A stretch of 64,000 bases of DNA, taken from a virus. The DNA lies in the IMG/VR virus record IMGVR_UViG_3300025910_000007, positions 20,484 through 84,483 of that record. One strand, 5' to 3'. Of the stretch, positions 57,527 to 64,000 are shown one piece after another. The stretch's first letter is position 1; every line of letters starts with the position of its first letter. The position numbers were made by a program, and so were the translations under genes. Below the pieces are notes generated by a model. It was not told the DNA's origin and did no database searches. It saw only the letters and a list, made by a program, of their open reading frames with translations.

Positions 57527-58081
57527 ATGTCTCCACAAGTAGCTCTTGCGTTAACCCTGACGTTCGGAACGCCGGCACCGAAGCCTGCTGAGCCGGTTGC
57601 CCTGACCTACCCCGCCGCCTACCGCGAGGCCGTCGCCGCCGGCAAGCCCCTCTGCGTGTGGGTGGGGGTCCATTGCACCCTCACGCGCAACCAGACGCCG
57701 GACGTGGTCCATGTGGACCTCGACAGCTTCGACGGCAGCAAGGTGCCACGCGTCGTCTGCTCCGTCCCCGACCTCGTTTATGGCGGGCTCAGACGCACCG
57801 GCGAGGTGCTGGCTGCGGACGTGTGCGCATCAGGCATCAAGTCAAAGGTGACACAGACGACGAAGCCATCGACAAGTTCCGGAATTCCGGAACTTCGGAA
57901 TTCGCCACCACGCCGGACGGACTGCGGTTGCAGCAGCACGCGGAATTGCCGCTGCCCGTCGTCGTCGTGCGACTGCGCGAACTGCTTCCCGGTGTCGAGG
58001 TTCCGCAGCGAGGCCCCTGCGCCGGTTGTGGTGCCGATCAGTACGGTGTCAATCCGCGCAGTCCGAGCGTCGGGCTGCTGA
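57527..58081 (+). CDS. secreted protein with a thioredoxin-like start and Cys-rich tail
   Basis: Y.AAY.EA...GKPL.VWVG; CGC...C.C...C.C..C. Confidence 0.5.
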   Translation: MSPQVALALTLTFGTPAPKPAEPVALTYPAAYREAVAAGKPLCVWVGVHCTLTRNQTPDVVHVDLDSFDGSKVPRVVCSVPDLVYGGLRRTGEVLAADVCASGIKSKVTQTTKPSTSSGIPELRNSPPRRTDCGCSSTRNCRCPSSSCDCANCFPVSRFRSEAPAPVVVPISTVSIRAVRASGC

Positions 58082-58439
58082 CACTGACCCGAAATGCGGC
58101 CGTGAGCCGCGAGGAGTAGGCTGTGTTTGCCAAAAAGATGAACGCCGCGAGAGAATCAGCCAGGAAGGTGCTGGCCATGCTGAACAGGGCTCTCGGCGGG
58201 AAATCCCGCAAGCCGTCGGCTGTGTTAAACACGGACAAGCGAACGGGTTGAATGGATTGCAGGCTTGGATTTTGGCATTCCGTCGGGGGAAGTGCGGCCG
58301 TGAGAACGTACTACAGGCTGCTTGGGCTGACCCAGGAGGAGATCGACGCCGAGAATCCGACCTGGGTGGACGTGCTGGGCCTCGTCGCCTTCGCGGTGCT
58401 GCTGGTGGCACTGTACTGCCTGCTCGGATCGGGGGAGTG

Positions 58440-58682
58440 ATGGCCAAGTACCGCAAGAAGCCCAAGATCGACGAGGCAACGCAATGGTTCCCCGGCAAGT
58501 ATGTCGAAGGAGTCTTTTCCAACGGTACAGGCGATGAGCATGGTGCCTACGTCATCACTATTCATGGTCAGCGGGCTTACTTGGCGCCCGGTGATTTCGT
58601 TGTTACAGAACCGGATGGCATCCATCATTACCCCTGCAAGCCTGATATTTTTCGTGATGGACACGAAATGCCGGAAGAGTAA
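58440..58682 (+). CDS. conserved phage protein (PGDYG-like)
   Basis: MAKYRKKP..EATQW...I.TIHG......PGDFVV.......YPCKPDIF. Confidence 0.7.
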   Translation: MAKYRKKPKIDEATQWFPGKYVEGVFSNGTGDEHGAYVITIHGQRAYLAPGDFVVTEPDGIHHYPCKPDIFRDGHEMPEE

Positions 58683-59070
58683 CATGCTGCGTCAAATCAT
58701 GCCGGGCTGGTACGTCTACCAGCCGGATTGTCCTACTGTTTCAGAAGAAAAAGCAGACGAGTGCGTGATTGTAGATTCAACGCAACCGTTTCCACCAAGA
58801 GGAGCTTCCTATGGGCTGGGCTGTCATTCTGAAGATGGTGATTATGTTCCTACAGCTGCTGCTGGGCCTGTTGGGGAAGGCACAGAACAAGGGCGAATTG
58901 TCTGAGCCGAATCAGGAGCGGTTGTCGCACGTCGCTCAGATGTGTCAGGAGGTAGTGGGCCATACTACCCGGCTGGGCATTGCCCCTGCATCGCCACCAC
59001 CGATGACGCACGAGCCCGATTGATGTCAACGAAACATCGAAGAATCTTCGCCCCTACCAAGGAGACGACC

Positions 59071-59439
59071 ATGTCATTGCCCGATCCCTGTACTTTCGCT
59101 TCCCCAACCTTCGCCGATGTCACGTCGGCGCTGCCAGTCGTGTTGTCGATCATCAAGGGCAGCGGGACTGATTACTCTACTGCAACCAAGGTTCACTGCC
59201 TCTCGACAGCAGCTCTGTTCGGATTGGGGATGGCCTTCCCGCCGGACAAGGGGCCGTTCTTCGCCGAAGCGTCCTGCCCGCAAGACTGCGTCGACCTATG
59301 TCATGATGTGCTGGCAGCGGGTGGCGCCCCAGTGCTGATGGAAGCCGCGGGACCGAAGACGCTGGCGTCGATCAACTGGAAGACGTGGCTTGCCATCGTT
59401 CTGAAGGCGCTTGAAGCGATCCTGAACGGTCTGGGGTAG
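59071..59439 (+). CDS. hypothetical protein with an amphipathic C-terminal helix, paralog 1
   Basis: PTFADVTSALPVVL...NWKTWLAIVLKALEAIL. Confidence 0.55.
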   Translation: MSLPDPCTFASPTFADVTSALPVVLSIIKGSGTDYSTATKVHCLSTAALFGLGMAFPPDKGPFFAEASCPQDCVDLCHDVLAAGGAPVLMEAAGPKTLASINWKTWLAIVLKALEAILNGLG

Positions 59440-59630
59440 GATATGGCCATTCTTATCACGCAACCGGCCTTGCAGAAGGTGCTAGACGGCTATCTGGCGG
59501 TCCTGCGGGAACTGTCTGCATCGCACAGTTTCGCCATGCAGGCCGCCACGATGGTCGAATCATTTCATACCGCACATGAGGCCGATATCTTACGGCTGTT
59601 GCATGAGCGGGGCGTGGTGGAGTATACGAC

Positions 59631-59966
59631 GTGACCAATCCCCTCACCAGCTATCCGCCACCCACGTTGGAACAGGTCCGTGCTGCACTGCCAACGGTGC
59701 TGGCGAGGATGAACGGGCAGGTCGTGCAATCGCCTACGGTTGTCGCAGCCGCCTGTACGGTGGAATGTTTCATCCTGTCTTTATTGTTTCCCACCGATCA
59801 GGCCCCTTGTACGGTCGTTACTGTTCCCGCTGATATCGCAGCCATGTGTCAAACGCTGTTGGTTGCGAACGGCCGTTCTTTCGCACCTGTTCCTGATCCA
59901 GCCGCATTCCCCTGGCGGGAGGTGCTGGACGTCCTGTTCATGATGTTGCAGTTGTTGCTGGCATGA
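59631..59966 (+). CDS. hypothetical protein, paralog 2
   Basis: PTLEQVRAALPTVL...PWREVLDVLFMMLQLLL. Confidence 0.55.
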   Translation: MTNPLTSYPPPTLEQVRAALPTVLARMNGQVVQSPTVVAAACTVECFILSLLFPTDQAPCTVVTVPADIAAMCQTLLVANGRSFAPVPDPAAFPWREVLDVLFMMLQLLLA

Positions 59967-60463
59967 TTGCGCAGCCGCCGCATTATTGAGCCAACCGGGG
60001 CGGGCGGTGGGATGGCTTGGCGATGAGCCATTTGCCTGCCCCGGTTCCCCTCATCATTCGCCGTTGGGGCAACTTTGCGCACGGGGTCCGCAACGACCCC
60101 AACGGCGAATTGATGTTTTCATGGAGACGGTGATGGACGCCGGACAACGTTGGGCTCATGTGTTCGCTCTGGTCTGGATCGCACAACCGCTGGTATGGAA
60201 CATCATGGTTGCCGCCTTCCCCGATACCTTCGGCTACCGCGTCACCTTCTGCGAGACGTTAGGGGGCTGGTTCACCCGCTGGCCGCTGCTGTGGGCCATC
60301 GTGGCGTTGTTCCTGGCCCATCTGTACGAATGCGGTAAGGCGCCCTGAGCTACGGTTCGGCGGGGAGGTGGCGCCGCTTGCGTTGAGCGTCGCCCGATGC
60401 TGGGACAACCCGCCGAACCGTTTTTGCTTGCAACGGACGTCCGCTCTCGGGCGGCGCCATTCG

Positions 60464-60500
60464 ACCCCGGTAGCTGCCCTCCAGGCTACCGGGGTTTTTC
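60464..60500 (+). terminator. intrinsic terminator ending the late/membrane operon
   Basis: ACCCCGGTAGC...GCTACCGGGGT followed by TTTTCGTTT. Confidence 0.8.
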
Positions 60501-60562
60501 GTTTCCGTAAGTCCTTGCTGCGTAAGGGGGTAAATTATTTCAGAAAAAAGGTGAAAGTGCTA

Positions 60563-60595
60563 TTGCTTTAATCTTACCTGACGGTAAGATTAAGG
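60563..60595 (+). promoter_or_regulatory. conserved phage promoter/operator, copy 4 (perfect palindrome)
   Basis: TTGCTT-16-TAAGAT overlapping TTAATCTTACC-TGAC-GGTAAGATTAA. Confidence 0.8.
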
Positions 60596-60637
60596 TGTTG
60601 GATGGATGAACGGGAAACGCAAGACAGGAGAACGACG

Positions 60638-60847
60638 ATGAAGGTTTGCGAGACTTGTGGTGCGGACATCGACGGCACGAAGGATGGGGAAAGCCGCTGT
60701 GCGTATTGCGAAGAGGTCGTTGTCAATCAGGAGAATCTCGCAGTCAAGGCACGTCAACGGGCCAAGCGGCGGGTGCGGGATGCGGCCATGCGGTCCTGCG
60801 GGCTGGTAAAGGTCAAGGGGGCTTTGGGCGGAACGTATTGGGAGTAG
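60638..60847 (+). CDS. small zinc-ribbon early protein
   Basis: CETC...CAYC, GLVKVKGALGGTYWE, SD CAGGAG. Confidence 0.65.
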   Translation: MKVCETCGADIDGTKDGESRCAYCEEVVVNQENLAVKARQRAKRRVRDAAMRSCGLVKVKGALGGTYWE

Positions 60848-60933
60848 GATCAGCACTGCCCCGCGACAGAGTAACCGGGTCCAAACCGGCGCGGGGATTT
60901 GTTCGGAAGAAGGAAACCTGACAGGAGAATGAG

Positions 60934-61350
60934 ATGACTAATACGACCGAAACCGTAGCAATTGAGTACCTGAGCAGCCGCTACTCCTACATCTGCTGGG
61001 ATGACGCTAGCCGTGTCGAACTGCATCGCGAATTCCACGCGCGGTTGCGGCGGAACTTGTCGTCAGGTCGTTGGGCGGTGGCTATCGTTGGTTCTGAACA
61101 GTGGATGAGCAGCGCGGCCATCGGCGACGGCATCACCAGCGCCACGGCCGCGTTGTTGACGCGGTGCAAGACGAAAGCGGAAGCGGAAGCCATTGCCGCC
61201 GCTGCGAACGATTTGGAGCCGGGTTTGCTGCCGGGACAGGGCTTTCGCTGGGTCTATCAGGCGCTGCCGTACCGTCGCGATGACTACATTGGCAGTCAGA
61301 ATCGTCAGCGCGGGCAACGGCGGGATTGTGACCGCCGCATTGCCCGCTGA
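60934..61350 (+). CDS. hypothetical early protein
   Basis: SD CAGGAG, 138 aa. Confidence 0.55.
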   Translation: MTNTTETVAIEYLSSRYSYICWDDASRVELHREFHARLRRNLSSGRWAVAIVGSEQWMSSAAIGDGITSATAALLTRCKTKAEAEAIAAAANDLEPGLLPGQGFRWVYQALPYRRDDYIGSQNRQRGQRRDCDRRIAR

Positions 61351-61435
61351 TCGAGCAACAATTCGGAACAGAGCAGGGGAATACTATTCATGCCCGCCTG
61401 GTGTTGGCGGGCAGCTTCCAACCGGAGGGGTTTCG

Positions 61436-62785
61436 ATGAGCAGCATTCTGGACAGCGTCATTTCCGCAACTGAGAACCGCGTTCGCATCATCAGCGAACA
61501 GCATGACCCGAATCAGATCAAGGTCAACCCGGACGACGTCACCAACGGCGTTGCTTCCCGCAGCGGTCTGCCCAATCCGAACGGGGGCGGTGGTTGGGAC
61601 ACCTCAGAATACGGGATCACCCGTGAGGAGGCGATGGCCCGCATTCGGGCAGCGAACACGCCCGAAGCCCGTGCGGCCGTCCTGCAAGACCTGAAGAGGC
61701 GGGCCATTCAGCGGGCAGGTCTGGATGTCAGCAACGGCCGTGTCAACGTCGCATTTGCCAACCGGGGCGGCTGGCACGATCTAGGTGTTGTGCTGTCCGA
61801 TGTGTTTGACAGCGAGACGGGCATCGTTCAGGGCGGTCTGAACTGGCCGGTGGAGAAGCTGCCGTACTTCTCTCCGGAAGGCCCCGACGGAACCATGATC
61901 GCGTCGGAATCGCGGTTCTATCTGCGCCGCGGTGATACCAAGATCGTCCTGTGCGACAACGTCGGGCGCATCTACCAGCCCATTCAGAACGTCGACGCCT
62001 TCCGGTACGTGGACGGTGTTCTGAGCGAGCGTGGCGCCCGCTACGAAGCGGTCGGCAGCCTGTACCGCGGTGAGAAAATCTTTTTGCTGGTCAACCTGCC
62101 GCAACAGTCGTTCACGCTCAACGGCAAGGATCGCAACGAGGCGTATACCCTATTCACGAACCCGCACGACGGCAGCGGCTGCGCCTACTGCTACCCAACG
62201 AACGAGCGCGTGGGGTGCCGGAACACCCTTCGCCGGTCCCTGTCTGATCGTTGGAAGGGCATTCGCATCCGTCATGACGGCAACTTGCGCAACAGCATGG
62301 CCGACGCTCAGAACGCTCTCGGGTTGGCCGTCCAGGGATTCGACGCCTACAAGGAAGAGGCCGAAGCCCTCTTCCGTCAGCAGTCTGTCAATCCGCAGCA
62401 TTACGCGGCGGATGTGCTGGATGCTGTCCTCGACATCACCGGGGCCGATGCGCTGAAGGGTGCGGACGTTCTGGCCGCAGTCCTTCAGGTGACTGAGGCT
62501 CAGCGGGCGCTGGAGGCCAAGAGCTTCGCCCGTCAGATCAAGCACCGTTCCGCAGTTCTCGATGACATTTTGGAGAGGTACGAGTCGGACCGCTGCGAGC
62601 CGAAGGGGACGGCGTGGGCTGCGTTGCAGGCTGTCACGGAATCGGTCGATCATGGGAAGCTGGGCGGCAGGTTCAAAGGCGCCGAAGACATTCGTGCCAG
62701 TCGTCGGCTGGAGAGCAACGTCAGCGGGGACAACGACGACGTGAAGCAGACCGCGTATCAGATGGCGTTGGCGACGACGCGGTAG
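61436..62785 (+). CDS. DUF932 family protein
   Basis: WHDLG, YQPIQN.DAF, GSLYRGEKIF, NPHDGS, RVGCRNTL, IRHDG, GTAWAALQAVTE. Confidence 0.88.
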   Translation: MSSILDSVISATENRVRIISEQHDPNQIKVNPDDVTNGVASRSGLPNPNGGGGWDTSEYGITREEAMARIRAANTPEARAAVLQDLKRRAIQRAGLDVSNGRVNVAFANRGGWHDLGVVLSDVFDSETGIVQGGLNWPVEKLPYFSPEGPDGTMIASESRFYLRRGDTKIVLCDNVGRIYQPIQNVDAFRYVDGVLSERGARYEAVGSLYRGEKIFLLVNLPQQSFTLNGKDRNEAYTLFTNPHDGSGCAYCYPTNERVGCRNTLRRSLSDRWKGIRIRHDGNLRNSMADAQNALGLAVQGFDAYKEEAEALFRQQSVNPQHYAADVLDAVLDITGADALKGADVLAAVLQVTEAQRALEAKSFARQIKHRSAVLDDILERYESDRCEPKGTAWAALQAVTESVDHGKLGGRFKGAEDIRASRRLESNVSGDNDDVKQTAYQMALATTR

Positions 62786-62839
62786 CAGCAATTGAGACAT
62801 GGTCTGGGGGTTTTCCCCAGACCATTTGGGGGAAATAAG

Positions 62840-63406
62840 ATGGCGCGGACTAGGGATGACGGCAAGTTGTGTGCTTGCGGACAACCTGCGAAGTGGCATA
62901 ATTCGCGATGCCAGCAGTGCATCAATATTCGGCATCGGCCGAAGACGCTTCAAAAGCAGAATGAACAATACCGTACTGATGCAACGTTCCGCGAAGCCGT
63001 CAAGGCGAGAGTGAAGGCTCGGCAAGATGCTATGCGGGCCGCTGGCATCAAGCCGCAGGAACAATCACCCCGCCATTGGCTCAAACACATCATGGATGGT
63101 TTGGCGCGAGTGAACAAGCAGCGGATCAGGCCAATTGAAATAACTGTCACCGTGACGGAATTGGTCGAAATATGGGAAAAGCAACAAGGGCGTTGCGCCA
63201 TAACCGGAATCCTCATGAGAACGAAAACACGAACTCCTTATTCAGCATCGGTTGATCGTATCGAATCGTCCAAAGCGTATACTGTTGACAATGTCCAGTT
63301 GGTTTGTGTAGCGATCAACTATGCCAAACTGACGCATTCTCAGGAAGTAATACGTCAATTCGTTGCTGACATTAGGAATGTGCCGCTATTGGCAGATGGG
63401 TGTTGA
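62840..63406 (+). CDS. HNH-like endonuclease
   Basis: WEKQQGRCAITG...SVDRIESSKAY..DNVQLVC..IN..K. Confidence 0.8.
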   Translation: MARTRDDGKLCACGQPAKWHNSRCQQCINIRHRPKTLQKQNEQYRTDATFREAVKARVKARQDAMRAAGIKPQEQSPRHWLKHIMDGLARVNKQRIRPIEITVTVTELVEIWEKQQGRCAITGILMRTKTRTPYSASVDRIESSKAYTVDNVQLVCVAINYAKLTHSQEVIRQFVADIRNVPLLADGC

Positions 63407-63514
63407 TTGGACGAGTTGAAGCAGGCCGCTTACGTTCAGGCGGTTGCGAAGGTTCGCTAACGAGAAACCCTTCCGACGGGGCGCCAGGGACGGCGCCCTT
63501 TTTTGGAGAATACC

Positions 63515-63796
63515 ATGACAGAGCAGCTGTACATTTTCGTGATGGAGCGGGGGTTTGTCCTTGTCGGCATGCCGCAACAGAATAGTGACAATTTTCTGTT
63601 CTGGAATCTGACCAGTTGCGGGGTTGTGCGCAATTGGGGGACTACTGAAGGACTGGGGCAGCTGGCGAGGGAAGGCCCTCGAACGGAAACCAAGATTGAT
63701 CGCGAGCCTGACGGGACTGAGATCAGCAAGCATGCGACTTACCGCCGCATTCCTTGCAATATGAAAGCGTGGAAGAAATGGCTGAGCGATTCCTAA
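63515..63796 (+). CDS. conserved phage protein (DUF6948-like)
   Basis: IFVMERGFVLVG...VVRNWGTTEGLGQLA.EGP. Confidence 0.6.
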   Translation: MTEQLYIFVMERGFVLVGMPQQNSDNFLFWNLTSCGVVRNWGTTEGLGQLAREGPRTETKIDREPDGTEISKHATYRRIPCNMKAWKKWLSDS

Positions 63797-64000
63797 TGCC
63801 CGCTGACGCCGATGTTGCTACCGGATTGGTCTGGTGCGACTGGCTTGAAGAACGCGGCGAAGAAACGACTGGTTTGCGAATGATGCTGGTCCGTCCATCG
63901 CAAAGGCCGTATCCTTGGCCGGATCATGGAAAGCACGGCTACGGCGACGGCTACGGCGACGGCTACGGCGACGGCGACGGCTACGGCGACGGCTACGGCT
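63796..64000 (+). CDS. TIGR02996-like motif + Gly-Tyr/Asp repeat protein (runs off the window)
   Basis: MPADADVATGLVWCDWLEERGEE...HGYGDGYGDGYGDGDGYGDGYG; GGCTAC/GGCGAC repeats from 63937. Confidence 0.75.
   Translation, partial: MPADADVATGLVWCDWLEERGEETTGLRMMLVRPSQRPYPWPDHGKHGYGDGYGDGYGDGDGYGDGYG

Overview
The window is part of a large GC-rich dsDNA phage or prophage genome. The host is probably a Planctomycete, judged from TIGR02996-like (A/C)DWLEERG motifs and planctomycete-type RimI, SpoVG and CsrA genes. Bases 1-38.9 kb are almost all on the minus strand. They carry a TIGR-Tas-like RNA-guided locus (a 36-nt dual-repeat array upstream of a Nop/IS110-like protein that runs off the window edge), a cluster of aberrant tRNA-like elements, and recombination and replication genes (RecA, SSB, DnaX-like clamp loader, beta-clamp-like protein, split family-A polymerase with a UDG-exonuclease half, DnaB, primase, an initiator with internal iterons, two SF2 helicases, ThyA). 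They also carry a 7-deazaguanine DNA-modification cluster (queD, csrA, queE, queC, folE, two DpdA/TGT-like genes). Directly after the two DpdA-like genes is a tandem array of seven divergent ~60-codon paralogous micro-ORFs that the ORF track mostly misses. They copy the tail module of the first enzyme, and five contain G7-G9 tracts. This is the best candidate for an undescribed system: a split or permuted transglycosylase with interchangeable, possibly phase-variable small subunits. From 39 kb the genes switch to the plus strand: TerS, a ParB-like gene behind an AT-rich repeat structure, TerL with a long extension, a sigma factor, a membrane and secreted-protein block with a papain-like peptidase, DUF932 and HNH genes. 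Four copies of a palindromic promoter/operator motif drive small early-gene cassettes. Several single-gene frameshifts fall in homopolymers, so assembly indels cannot be excluded. All functional calls come from motif recognition by eye; no database search was run.
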